A stretch of 64,000 nucleotides of DNA, from NCBI GenBank assembly GCA_046563655.1, contig CM102286.1, positions 5,270,001 to 5,334,000 on the forward strand. The letters run 5' to 3'. Positions 39,522 through 53,300 of this stretch are shown here, piece after piece (the first letter of the stretch is position 1; each line of letters starts with the position of its first letter). This DNA is from Yuukianura sp. NJ FZ-2021 (Eukaryota). Below the pieces are notes generated by a model. It searched no databases and was not told the DNA's origin. It saw nothing but the letters and a program-made list of their open reading frames with translations. The translations under genes and the position numbers were made by a program.

Positions 39522-40232
39522 ACATCAATGACCTTTTGAGGCGTTTACTGTCATGACATGAACATTCCTTCGTGGGAATAAGTGGAAAGTATTAAATGAA
39601 GTTGGCTACTGTAATCTGAAACGAGATGGAATTGATGGGATCACGAAACTCTGAAAAAAAAGTTTTCGCATACAGAAGAATCGATTTCGGGATTTCGTTT
39701 CGGTGGATTAGAAACTTCAATTAAAATGTTTCCTGAGTTTAGTTTGGTTTAGACGAAAACTTTTAGCAGCATGCGGTGTGTTTTGACAGTTTTTTTAAAA
39801 GGAAAAAATCTGTTGTCAATTTTTGTTCAAAGTATTTAGTTGCCATGGCGTATGGAGTTGTAAAGAGCCATTGTTTGATTTCTTTCAACAAAACTATACA
39901 AAATGTCTCTGACCTCTCAATTTCTTAAAAATGAAAGGTCATTGACCTTCCGATTCGCTGTTCAATGAGATGCTACAAAATAAAACCACCGTCAAACGAC
40001 ATTGGACGAACAATTGTCAACAAGCAATTGTCATTCACTTTAGATCTGTCAATGATAGCATATTACAACTGCACCCATTTGTAATAGAAAACTAGATTTT
40101 CGTTGGTTTTCCGAGGTCGAGGTCATTGACCTTTCTGCGAAATCTGAATTTATCAACATCAATTCTACAAAACGTGTTAGATCAATGATATTGTACGGCT
40201 AGTACATCGTTGAATGGCCATGTCATTGACAT
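39522..40232. promoter_or_regulatory. Cluster of IR1 palindromes (putative ecdysone-response enhancer)
   Basis: Perfect AGGTCA-T-TGACCT at 39936-39948 and 40120-40132. Variants ACATCAATGACCT (39522), TGTTCAATGAGAT (39959), CTGTCAATGATAG (40046), AGATCAATGATAT (40179) and ATGTCATTGACAT (40220). Confidence 0.6.
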
Positions 40233-40567
40233 CAACGTTATCTTATAGAATCTTTAAATGACAATTACAAGGGAACTAAAAACCAATGTCATAAGAAATA
40301 AAATCTTCGTAGAGAGCGATCGGATTTCGTTGGTTTTACTGGTTTATTCGAGTGTCGAGGTTAGTTTTTAGCGAAATGGTAATTTTGTACTGTTGAATGG
40401 GGACTTGACTCGATGGACCTCCTCCTTCGCGTTCGTTCTTAGTGTCGTGTCGTAACAGTCTTCTGTCTCCAGTTATCGTCTACAACAAAAGAGATCATGA
40501 TGATTAAAATTGATTGTTAAAATCAAACTGGTTGTTTCAACAAGTTTTCATTTGCAAAAGTTTACCA

Positions 40568-41192
40568 CTATTGCATGGCACTGCAAGAACAGCAAGATGG
40601 TGGGCAGCATCTTGGGCTTGGGCAGCATGGTTTAGGACAGCACGGTGGTGGGCAGCAGGGTGATGGACAGCATGGTCGTGGCAAGCAACATGATGACGGT
40701 GGACAGCAAGGCGAGCAACAGGATGGTGGTGGGCAGCACAGGGATGGTCGTCTTGGTGGCTATGAATCAAAGTGAGAATTAATACTTTGGTTTTTGGCAA
40801 ACAAATGAGTGACAATTCAATAAAGCCTACGTACGCAACAACTTTTGGATGGACAACAGCTGGGAGGGCAGCAAGAAGTGGTACTGCATCGGTACGTCAG
40901 CGTTCGGAAGGCACTTGAACCGCCTGTAAAGTCAAAGGTGTGTCACAATACAATGAAATTACTATGTCCAGTGTAAAAGTGTCGTGACGATCACTTACAT
41001 GGTGGAGGTCCACAGCTGATGAGACAACCGCTCATCATGACTGGAGCTGATGGGCAAGCTGGAGGACACTGCAATGAACAACAAAAGGTGAATAACCCAG
41101 GTCAAATCCATTTCAAGGTCATTTTCAGTATCAACTGACCCAAAACACATAAGTATCTAGTCATTTATACATACCGAACCGCCACCACACAT
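40568..41192 (-). CDS. Small Cys/Pro-rich protein with CC-doublet repeats (122 aa; composition like keratin-associated proteins, SMCP or metallothionein)
   Basis: Exons 41192-41175, 41068-40999, 40923-40835 and 40759-40568, all GT-AG and phase-compatible (369 nt). Product: MCGGGSCPPACPSAPVMMSGCLISCGPPPCGSSAFRTLTYRCSTTSCCPPSCCPSKSCCPPRRPSLCCPPPSCCSPCCPPSSCCLPRPCCPSPCCPPPCCPKPCCPSPRCCPPSCCSCSAMQ*. Supported by TATA, Inr and a downstream AATAAA. Confidence 0.85.
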
Positions 41193-41315
41193 GATGCTGG
41201 AGTTTTTGAAGCTGTTACGAACTCAAACGACTCAGAATCTTGTCAATTTAGAATTGAATTTGGAATTTAGAAGAGCTCCGACCGAGATGACCTCCTTCCT
41301 CGAGTGTTGAAAGTG

Positions 41316-41351
41316 AACTGAGCAAAAAAATTTGAAATCCCTCCTTTTATA
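41316..41351 (-). promoter_or_regulatory. Core promoter of the Cys/Pro-rich gene (TATA + initiator)
   Basis: Minus-strand TATAAAA (41351-41345) lies ~32 nt upstream of the A of TCAGTT (41321-41316), the arthropod Inr consensus TCAKTY. The ATG is ~125 nt downstream. Confidence 0.7.
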
Positions 41352-44300
41352 GCCTCGGTTGTGGGAGGAGTTCCAGAGTGGGTGGAAGGAATCTCTCCTT
41401 TATCAACAACCACAGTTGGGCAAACATTAAATTACAACTCGTTTCCATCGTAACACAAAAGCGACGTTATTTAATACTTCGAGTTCAAGCACATTTAATT
41501 AAATTAATTAAAAATTAAATATAACTAATTTAGTTGTATATACAATGAAGTAGTAAAAAAACTACGTACTTCCTCATTTGGGAGCTTTTCAACATTTATC
41601 CAATTGGGTGTGTAACATTTAAGGAATGTGCATTCCTGCCGAATGTGCAGTGATCTAAACGCTTTTGCCGTCTTTTGCTGTTGATTTTGATGAACTCTTT
41701 TAATGAACATTCATTAAGATGCGTATTCAAACGAAAAATAAGCGCTGCTCATTCTTTCCGCCATTAAATATTCTTCGTTCTTTTGTGCGTCAGCCTCGTT
41801 ATCTATTATGGAGCTCGGAAGGGAAGAAAGTTAATATAAAACCCCTTTCAATAATAATGACAATGGATTTTTCTTGTGTATTTTTAAAAGCTGATCGTAA
41901 CTTAGTTCGCATGATATGGATACGTTTAATAAAAACTGCAGCACGACTTCCAAGTGACTTTTAGTAGTAGTTATTGATCACTTGTTAGTCAAATTCTATG
42001 ACACAGAATCTGATAGTACATACAGTGTAGAACCTGGATTGGATGTTTCGATTCTTAACAAACTCTAAAGACAACTACATTGGACATTGACGTTGAGTCA
42101 CTTTGTAGGATTCCATGCTACAAAACTAAGCCTGCCAAAAATCTGTGGGTTTGTGGCATGTTTCCCGGATTCCAGGTTAAGCGTCAGGAATTCCTCAGTA
42201 GAACGCAAGAGGATTTGCGGAATTTAAGCGGAAAAGGACCAAACCTTGTGAATGAAAGTTTGGTTCGAAGCCAGGAGGAGCCGAAGGGAAAAGACATATT
42301 TCTTTGTTGTGGGCCGGCGCAGGCGCAGAAATGTTTTAGAAACTGGTGGAGTAATGATACTTCAAGTTCTTGTCACATAATTATTGTGTGGGTTGTGGTG
42401 ATTCCCAAGAGCACCACCAGAAGGATACGGCGAAGTCATTTAGATGACATTACATGGTTTGGCCTCATTCCATGTTTTAACAGAATTACCACTGGGGAAT
42501 TAGCAGAATGTGAGAAAGTGTAACTGACTTTAGCAGGCTAGCAGAAAAAAGAAAGTCTTTGAATTGAAAGTGAGGCAGTGGGAGAAAGTTGTGCTTTTTA
42601 GAATGGACGTCACGTCTTGGCAGTCTCATTCCTTCTTTTATGGCTACACTTTATTCTGGGCTGGAAAGGCTGAAAGGAGGCTACACTCCGTGTACTGCAA
42701 CCTTAGAACCACCACGCTGCAACTTTCCAGACTCAAGAAACCGTTCCAGTTTCGGCTGAGCGAAAAGTGTACGTCCAGAGCAGTATAAATGCAGCATTCC
42801 CTTAGCTCATCCTATTATCCCTTGAGCTATCACCAAGTTTCCAGTGGTGCTGAAACTTCGCGAGTTTTGCTTTTTGAAACCACGTTTGACGGGTTTTGGT
42901 CACCACTCGGTTTAGTTTTAATCAGCCAATCAGAAATGTGCTTTTCCATGCGCAGTTTTCAATACAACTTAGCAAAAAAAGCCATTGAGATTGTGACACT
43001 AAGTTTTCATTTTCAAGGCTTTTGGAATTGCTTTGGCTGGACTATGTCGGTGCAAACTGTAAAATTGTGTGATTAATCGACTAAAACAAAAATGATAAAA
43101 ACTTTCAGCTTCCTGGACCTAAACCAGCCGATTCGCACTTTCACCCATAGCCTTTTCTGGACTCAAGGGAAAACCTAGGCTAACTTGAGAAAGCCGCACA
43201 ATTTCTAATCGTCTTCCAACTTTCTCCCTTGCATGCCGGCAGCTGAAAGCGGAGTATTTTTTAACCCAAGTTTTCCTAATCTAACCAACACCACCATCAT
43301 CACCACAACCCTTCTTCCCTGATTTCGTGCGGTTACAAAGTTTGGGCGCCAACTTTCTCCTACAAGAACCCTTCTAGTTTTTCTTGGTGATCGATTAATT
43401 TTCAATTGTGTTATCTCGTTTTTCTACTATAGAGAGCGTTTCGACTTTCGACTTAATTTTTTTTTAACTTTATTTTCAATTTCAGAAAGCACAGCGTCAA
43501 AATGAAGTAAATGCTAGTGCCTAGTGGCAAAAATCGGAGATTTTTGCTATCTCTTTTTTTTTTGCATTTTAGTTGGAAAATCTCTTGAACGAATTCTTTT
43601 TTCGAGAAAAATCGTCCTCAACTTTTTCCAACTTTTGACATTTCATCTCATTTGCGTTTGCTCTGTTCTCATTTCCATAACTCATGCCTAAAAGGCAGCC
43701 TCCAGAATAAGGGCACAATCCGTTTACCACAATCATCATCATTTTTTCCACCATATTCCTTATTATGCCTTCTGGTGGCTTTGGTGGTTTCCTTGGTGGG
43801 ATGAGATTTAACTTTTCTGGAGGGTGGGACTGGAGTCATGAAGATGACAAAGCGAACCGTTCTCACAGTCTCCACAGCTTTTTAACTTAAGCTTTGGTCT
43901 ACTCGACAGAAGGAATGAGAGAATTTAGTTTGCAAAATGAAAGTCGCCTCGGAATGGCACAGAAGAAAACGTTCCATCTTCACTTTCTTCCTCGGATTCC
44001 CGTATTCAACTAAACCTAACCGTATTCATAATCGCCATGATTGCGACTCCTTTATGGCCATGCCTCACAACATGCGGTCCGACCTCCTTTTCTCACATTT
44101 GACACCACAGTCAGCCACTACTCTTGTGTCAAAGTTCAAACTTATTCAAGCTCCTCGAGAGCAAGTGTCTTGGATAAGCCAATTTCAAAAGAGGAAAATC
44201 TTGATGCTAAAATTCAAAGTTAGGCGGGATGCGTCTATTCAAAATTGTCTCCGGAAGTCAAGGTGGAGAGCACAAGATGACGTTCAGAGATGCATGATGA

Positions 44301-47300
44301 TCAATCTAAAAGGCTCAAGTTGGAATAACTGGTGCATAATTTCCATTCATTATTTGTCTCGAAAAGGCTAAACGACACAAAAGGAAGCCCACGCCCACTT
44401 CATATGCATACGGGAAGTTGCAAACTTGAAATCCGTCATCGTTGCACGAGTTTCTAAACCTCGCCTGAGGTTCTTGTCATTGCCAATATGTTTCCCGTCC
44501 AAACTTAAGTTCAAATCTAGTTAAAACCCGCCTAAATCATAACCAAAAGCGGGAAAGCTGGAGTTGAGTTGGACTCGAATTTGGAATTTTGAGCGTAAAC
44601 ATTGAAATTGACCCGAGAGAATAAATTGTTTATTTAAAATGCTGCTAAGAGCAGATCCAACAAATAAATTACAAGAGTATCAGCTTGTTCTGACTTTTCG
44701 TTTTAATTTAACACTAAAGCACCGATCCATGATCCACAACCTGTCCATAAATTCCAGGATTCCTCGGTTTTAGGTTAGGCGGAATGTAAACTCGTGTCGA
44801 CATGATGGAATTCTGGAAGAGATGAAAGTTGTGGCTGGAGCCAAAGTACTTTTGGTATTTGGTGACATGACGTTTGAGGGTGGTGACGCTGTACTTTGTG
44901 GATGAGGGTGCCTGCCTGCCAAGCGTTGTGCCAAAAGTGAAAATAAGATTATGTTTGGGAAGTGTGAGGGGAAAAGTAGTTGTCAGACAAAGTTAGGATG
45001 TAGGAGATTTGGTCTGGAGTCAATAAATTATGACTCTCCTTTATGGGGTGGTGCATATGTAATTTCAGTAGGGAGAAACCTCCGCCTTCAACGCATTGTT
45101 GTCAGAGACTGATTGCTTGTACATTGCGTGAGAGAAAGCATTTTTCCAAAACACACGCCAAAAAGCTACAAAAACTATTCCTTTTTCCAAGGCAAGCGCA
45201 AAAGTGAAACAAAAACTTCATTTGCTAATCAACTTTACAAGAGAGGATAAAGTCGTTAGGTTTCCAATTTTGGCACGGAGCAAATTTCCATTAAATATTG
45301 CTTAGAATAGGAGTTCGAGGTTCGCAAAAAAAAAAAAAAAACAAGTTCGGCGAAAAAACAAATTGCAAAAATCAATTTGAATGAATGAGCCTGTTGTGAC
45401 ACTTTACAACGCTTACTTTACTTTAATCAAAGCAACAACAAAAAACTGGTAGCTACAACTTTCTTTTCACTTTTCAATTTATGAAACGCGTTTTTCGGAT
45501 ATTTCAGAAAAAAGCTACTCTGCTAGAACAAAAAACTGGTTTAAAGCAACAAAAAAATAAAATCTAAAATTATAAAATGAAAATGAAAAAATTGAATCTA
45601 GATTCATGTAATCATTTTTGGTAAAATTTTAAATCGTTAGGCTAGCTAGTTGGGTGGTGATTAATTAAGAGCAAAACAAGTCAAGTACAGTGTTGCGTTG
45701 GTTCATGTTTTTGGAGTGTGGATAACATGTAAATATTTCTGGCAGCCATAGGCACTACATGGAGAGCATAAATGTTTAATTTTGCAAATATTGTAGTTCG
45801 TTAGGCTTTGGAGGGCCTCTTTGAAATGTCTTATTTTGATTAATTTCAGAGTCTGGTGCTAGGGTGAAAGCTAAAACTAAAGTAAGTTTCCCTTTTATCC
45901 CGAGAGCATGTTTGCCCATAGTGTAGTGAATAGGAAAACCTATTTCTGGAGGACAGGGACTTGGCTTATGTAAACAAGAACTACTTTCCCTTCCTTTCAC
46001 TTAAACAACTTCCAAATGAAACAAAGTTTTGATTACTACCCTCCCATCAACTTCTCATTCCATTCCTTCAGTCACTTCGCCTTCTTCCCACCAGCAGTTT
46101 CCAGGGAACCACTTCTGCTTAAGTGGTGTTGCTGTTTTCACTCCAGATTAATTACAGGTGAGAGGACGCAGCCTCCTTCGAACCACTACTTCTAACCCAG
46201 CCTATCACCAGAAATGCATGTCCTAAGTTCATGAGTTTAAATTTTTTTCTTTAAATTTCGAAAATCCAGGAGATTTCAAATCCAAAGGCATAACCAATAA
46301 TCCAGCAGCATAAGTGTGTTTTATGTCTCGTTAACCGTTTCTTTGATGTTTCCAAAATTAGAACAGAAAAAAGGCTCTGTTTGTGACCCAGAAATTTCCA
46401 CCGCAGAATTTTCTCTTTGTCCCATTTTGGCTTACACTTGCACTTAAAACGAAATTCATGTAATTCAATTCACTCAACAAAAATACTCTCATGTGCTTCA
46501 ACAAGCATTTCCAATTTCCAAATGACACGCTGTGCTCAAAGGAATTACCAAAATTTTTGAATTTCGTTTTGTTTTGTGGAAATTCTTGTGCTTTCACTTT
46601 TCAGCAGAATATAGTTTTGTAACACAATGCATCTTTTTTCTCCAAACCTTTCACTTTCCATTACAACTTAAAAAATTTTGAGTAATAAATTAATTTTCTA
46701 AATCTGTGACAAAATGCAGAAAATGTTAGACTTTTAGCACTCATAGGCTTAACTGAGTGTGTGTGCCAATGAAAACGTTGTGAGGTATAGTAACTGCTGA
46801 AATTCGTCGATGACAGATTGACTAATTATTGACAGTTTGTTGGCAAACTTCCAGCCCTAAAATTTGTTCTGGAACTTCTTCTTGTGCACTAAAAGTGCAA
46901 GTGAAGAAGAAATAAGTAAGTTAAGCCTAGGATTTTCTAAGCTTTTTTGTCAACTACTAAATCATATCCCTGTCATCTCCAAAATAGTTAGCTTATGAGC
47001 TACAATAATAAATTCTTCCTTTCCTTTGAAAACTTCAGTTCGGCTGAAGCCGATCCAAAAGTAGACGAAATCCTGAAAAAACGAAAACGTAAACAGAAAA
47101 TTAGTCTCTATTTTGTTCACTTGAGAAACTGAAGACAAGTCCTTACGACTTCATAAATTTCTGTCACCAACTCATGCGGATTGACTCACTTGTTCAAAAC
47201 TATATTTTAAAGTTTCATCGTTTTAAAAATCTTAAACCTTCAAAAAGTTAATTCCTTAAAAACCCAGTGACTATTTTTCAAGTTTATTTTCTCACTTTTA

Positions 47301-50300
47301 AGAAACTTAATTTTACAACCTGCCATCTTTTATCCATCCAATTACTTCTGGCACGACTCTGCACCCACTTACAGCCTTAGTCGCCTCTTTTCTTTACTGG
47401 AAACGTACTTTTCAAGTTAGTGTTTTCAAAATTTAGTTTGAGCAGGTCATAAAAGCAGTTCCAGACGACGTTGGACCGTTACTCGAAGAATCAAAACGGT
47501 AGTTTGGGAAAGCAATACATCATCAAACAACTAGGTTGTCCAACGGTGTGCTAAAGGAATTAGAAAGGCATTAATTTCCAACTGAAGAAGATATTAACTT
47601 TCCACTGCTGAAGTTTTTACGAGAGGAGCCATTTACCCGGGTTAGTTTTTTTTCAACCCTCCAACATCCGCTTATTACCCCCATAAACACCGCTGTACCT
47701 TAACCCTATTATTAGAAACTCACTTCCGCTTCTAGATCTGAATTGTGAGATTACGAAAAACTAAAGCTAACGTAACATAACCAAACATAACATATCAAAA
47801 TACACCCTAACATAATCCAGTATAGCTTCAATTAAAACTGAAACAGAATATCACCTATTATAATTCTAACATCTTTTGTTTTGAAAATTCAAAAATTCCA
47901 ACCTGTTCATAGGTGCTCGAGCAGAAGTCAAGAGAAATCTCAATGTCATAAAAATCTTAACTTTCTGCATTTTTTGTTTTCTGTAAACTACCAAATTCCA
48001 AATGCAGTTGCGTGACCAATTCCAAAAAACTCCAATGCTACCCAAACACACGCAGTTTTTTCTCTGCCTCTTAAAAAAATCGACCAAGGGAGTAGACGAA
48101 ACAATAAATTTTCTCAATTGTTATTTCCTATTTCCTTTCTCGAAGATTCTGTGAAGGGAATCATGCCATGTCATCTCCAGGTTATGACTCATAAACTAAA
48201 GAATATAAACATTTGTGCTGGGCAGCGCAGAAGCTTTGGTTTAGCTCATGCGTTTCGGTTCTTTGGTTCTTAAACGACTCGAAGCTCAGAATGTAACGGA
48301 CGGTGCTCAGGCGCGCGTCAATTCCGGTCATTCAATTACTTTACTTTTTCTTAGCGTAGCATTTATTACTTTATGATCAGGGAAGAGTCGTAAAGCCGGA
48401 GAAAGTCAGACGAAGGTAGCATTGACTCATCCCAAAGTCACTCTTACTATAGTCAAAAGTTAGAGAAAGTCAATCTGAGAGGACGGATGAGATTTCTTTT
48501 CAATATGGAATTGAGAGGGACTTTAGGTGGGCCCTTGGCCTTAGGAAAATGAAAGATATTCATTTTCATCCTAGGGATTTAGCACATGTCGCAACGTATC
48601 TGCATCTCTAGAACTGAAAGATATTTCCACCGCAGCTCTTTGGAGACGACGTTCCAGGAAAGCCTCCTTTTGTTAACATATTTAGTTCTCCATATCCTCC
48701 TGATCTGGCTGCTTGCCAACCCTAAGAACCTCGAGAGATATCCAAAAACCAAAACCAAATCCGGATGAAAATTGTGAAATTCTGGGTGTTTTTGTTGAAA
48801 TTAAACAGAAGCCAAAAACCCAAGTAGGCAGAACATTATCAAAATACTTTTCACTTCCTGGTGAAGTATCACCCTGCCTCTTTTTAGTTTTTTTTCTTGT
48901 CCAATTTTTTAAAAAACCGAAATTCCTAAATCCAAAAATAGATGCGGAAAAAATCCAGGAGCAACAATAAAAGTGGGATAAGCGGAATACTCTTTCTCCT
49001 TTTGTAGAAAACTGCCAAAATGATTTGTGTCTCTGCCAATACACTCATGTTTAAAGTGTCCATTTGGATCGGTGGAGGGCTTTAAAAGTCCAGAATCTGG
49101 ACCCATGATTTGAAAAATTTATGTAAGAAATAAAGTTTTTGTTGGAAGAAAATGGCAGAATGGTTTGACATGTCAAATCCCGCGACTTTTCAAAAATATA
49201 GCACCGCGTTTTGAAAAGTGTGGCTTGGCAGCAGTCGGACGAATAAGTGCTTGTGGAGACTGGCATTTCCTTTCAGAATAATTTCATGGCACTTAAGAAC
49301 GGATACTTGTGTACCAGCGTCTTTATAAGATCAAACTTCTATACGAAACCATTAGCTTGTGCTCTAGTACTTACAGCAAAAACGTTTATAAATGACCATC
49401 TATGAAACAGACGTCAATGCATATCGTTCTTTATCCGTCCATGAGTGTTTGGTTACGGTTGGGAATCTTAGGGTTGCAGCAGAGATTGTATCAATGAAAA
49501 TCCAATATGCCTCATACGCTGGAAGCAACCAGTAACCCACATGGCCCATCTTTAGATTTTCATTTAAATGCCTCTGACTCTACCATGACCTGATCCTTTA
49601 GAATAAGTAAATCCAATTTCTTCCTTTCATTTCTTCTGTAACGTCATCTTCAAAAGAAGCTGTGGGATAAGATCCTCTTCTTTTAAATTCACTCCAATTT
49701 CCTTTTAGGCAAGAGGGATGTGATGTTGACGTGAATCTGTAATAGCTTTTCCCACTTTCTTTTCTGATTTGAAGAAATGGGAAACTGGAGCAGAGGAATC
49801 TTTCACTTTCAGTGCCACAAACCCTCAAGTGCCCAAGACTTCCCTTGAGGTCACTGGACAGCTTCTTGCAAGTACGTTTCTGCTTTCGTACTCAAGAGGC
49901 GGTCAAATACAAACAAATAGCAATTGAAAACAGACGCGATTTCTCCAGAGCTTACGTTAGGCTAACAGTAAGCTAAAACACGACTTCTGGGTCACCATAA
50001 CTTCACCAGTTACGGAACTCACCCGGAAACTTTCACTTTCAGTCAACCTGTTTATGTTGTCAGTTTGTCATTTATACAATATTTTGACTCTTGCCTTTCT
50101 GTTGAGTGTTTCAATATACCTTCAGTTCAAAAGAAAAAGCATCTGTCTTTTTAGGTTTTCATAAAATATGGTTTTACGACAAAATTTTTGCTTTTCAACG
50201 CACTTTTAATACATTTATGAGGAGAAAAAAGAGGAAAAAGTGCTTTCATAGTCAAATCTACGAGAGAAAATAAAACATGCAAGAGAGGCTAGTCGTAAAG

Positions 50301-53300
50301 TCTAAAATTATACTCTGCCAAACTTTTTCCTTCTCCAGCGAACAAGCCTAAATTAAAGTTAAGGTAACGCAAGTTATGTAAGTTTGAAGCAGTAATAAGT
50401 CTGTCGCACTTTTCCGGCAAAAGATTTTAGAACGAAAATGCTCCACTTTTCCCTCAAACTTTACTAAACTGAAAATATGTAAGGATCTGGAAAAACTTTT
50501 TCGTCAAACTTCCAAATAACATCATTTTATTTTTAGGCTGCGAAAATAGTCTGCCTCTAGCGTGACAGAAATGTAGCACAAAAAGGAAAAATTCAAACTT
50601 TTCTGTGCTTTGATATCTACCCAATTCAGTCGTTAAACTGCTACGACGCCAACATAGAAATTTCAGAAATTTGATTTTTGCAAAAAAAAAAAAAAAAAAA
50701 AAGTTCCAGTACTAGTTTCAGTTTCAGTAAATATATGCAAATCCCCCGTGCTTTTTTGATGTTCTGCAATACTTAGCTCCATGTATACATTTGTACGTGC
50801 CGTTTCCAGAATTAGGTCAATTTTCTTTTTTAAAATCTTAAAATTTCTTTTTCAAATTATGAAAAAATTAAATGTTCCCTCATCTTTTTTGGAAGATCTC
50901 TGAGATTCTGAATCTCAACAACAGAAATTCGTTTGTCCTTTTAATGTTCTGTTCGTGTGATGTTGAAACCTAATCTAATAAATTATCTCTGTTATGTTAA
51001 CTTTTGTGTATTGTACACTACAAAAAAGACCAGGATGATAGTTGGGGCCTCTCCGATTCTATTACTTGAAACACGAAATGAATCTTATTGTGATGTGGTC
51101 TTTTCCTTAATCCTGAAAACACCCTCATCCAAACACTTATTCTTTAGACCATGGGCTATATGTAGTGTAGTACAAGAGTGCACTTAAAGGGCTTTGTGTA
51201 TTTTCTCCACTTCTGATTACTCCTTCAAGTTCTTGTCACCAAAAGATTTATCCACCAGAAAAGAAATGTTGAAAAGGAAATTTCTCGTCTGTCTGGATAA
51301 TGAAAAACAATAAGTCTCCCTCTCTCTTAGCATAAAGATCCTCTTGGATAAATTGAAATATGAGAACCTAAAAATGTGTGGGAAAGTACGAGGCTGGTGA
51401 AGATGATATGCCAAGACAACCCAGTTTTCAAAACCATCCCACATCCATCCTATTCATTAATATTCTGCCTAACCATTCTCACTTTCTCTTTCAATTTACA
51501 CAGAAAACTTCTTAAACTTTCTCATCCACAGCACCCACAAGAAAAAACTGCAAAGAAAATAGCCACCAGAACTTAACTTTTTTTGTTCTAAATCAAGAAA
51601 AAAGCCAAGAAAGTGTTAATTAAATTTCAAATGCGGCCAGAGTGGTTTCTGGAATGAACAGAACAGAAGCGCCAGAGTACTAGCGCGGTTTCTTTTCGTC
51701 GAACTTCAGCTTCAAGAAACTGGAACAATTTTGCATTTGGTAATTACTGCTTTCTTTCCGGGAAAAAGTCTCAGAGGAAGCTTCAAATGAAACGTTGGTC
51801 TCATTATCATTAGCCAACTTCCACTTTCTTCAACATTCCCTTTCTTCACTTTCTCCACTTTCACTTTCATTTACTCTCAAGGAACCCAGCTGTAATGAAG
51901 ATGTAAATTACGACAAAGATCAAAGGGACTTCATTTCCAAGGGAGGACTTTGAAATTGATAGGCCCACCCATTTCCGGTTACGGCTACTTCCCAAGAGAG
52001 CCTGCATAGCACTTTCCGCCGCCGTTTTTGAAGCGGGCAAATGTGGTTGTTCGGAACCAAAAAGGAGATGAAGGAGCCGAGAAATGTCAAAGGAGTAACT
52101 CTTTCTCTCGAGATTTGTTTCAAAAAGATCCATAAAGATAGGAGAAGAAGAAGAAGAGGCTGCGGGAATTGGCGAGAACTTTTTTTTTAAGTTTTGGTTT
52201 TGGGCAAAAGACTATGTGAGACTGTTTAAGTTTCCTGGCATGAGGAACTGGATGGCAGAGGAGGAAGTAGTAACTGAAGAAATAATGACGGAACTGGGCT
52301 TCCAGAGCCGTCGAGTTGGTGTGAAGTGGAGCAAGTTGGATTAAAAAGAATTGGATTGGAAAGTCTGTAGAAAGAAAGTAAAGTGAAAGATGCCATGGTC
52401 TTGGAAGGTTCTAGCCACACTTACGCTACTTCTGCTGCCGTGTAGAACCTTTCCATCCATGATTTCGTAAATTAATGCACCGTGACACGTTCTACCGAAG
52501 AGATTGTTATCGGTTTCCTTCCCGCTTTTTGTTACTTTTTTTTACTGTTCAGGTCTCTGTTGAGCTCTCAGATCAAAGGGAAATCTCCGTGAAGGACATG
52601 AGACGTATTGGGCTACCAGCCAGAGACGTGAAAGTAGGAATCAAGTGCCCTCAGAGTAACATACTTTCACTTTCTTCCAAAGTATCCAAGAAATCACAAC
52701 ATTCCTACTTTCCTCTCCTGAGGTTTGGTTGTTCTTACCAAAAAGAAAGTATTAGCACTGGACTAATATTTTCTTTGACTCCTTGGTTACCTCACGGAGA
52801 AACTTCTTCTCCTTCCGCAATTCCTTGAAGTTGACCACCACGATTTGGCTCGGAGCCCTTGGAGCTTTCTACTTTCACCACGACGGTGTTAGGGTAGTAG
52901 TGGAAGGTGATGACGGTGGTGATGGTCAATAATTCCTCAAAGTGCTACGCCTTGTTGGGCACCAGAGATTATTACGTTTTCTTCTCATGACATTTCTTTC
53001 CGCAGTTTTACTAGAGACTCTGTGCCCTCCGGTAGTATTACTGCAACTTTCTCCTTCAAATTAGCTCCAATGGGAAACTACATTTAATATTACGGCATCC
53101 CCAACAGCTTCAAACATCGTCGAAGCTTAGGCCTCAGTATGTTACCTAACCTAGCCTAACCAAGGTACAAAACCTAACGTAAGACGTCGTGGCCAGCCTC
53201 AAGGATGCTACCACACCGTGCTTGGAATATTTTTCTCATTAAAGATTTACTCGACCGTTATGTTTAGCCAACGGTTCTTGCAAGGCAACTTTTTTGGCCG

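Noticed and set aside
40537..40815. ORF-track His-rich (minus) and Gly/Gln-rich (plus, 40575-40775) proteins
   Set aside because: They are alternative frames or the antisense of the Cys/Pro exon. Only the CC-PP frame is phase-compatible with the upstream exons and promoter.
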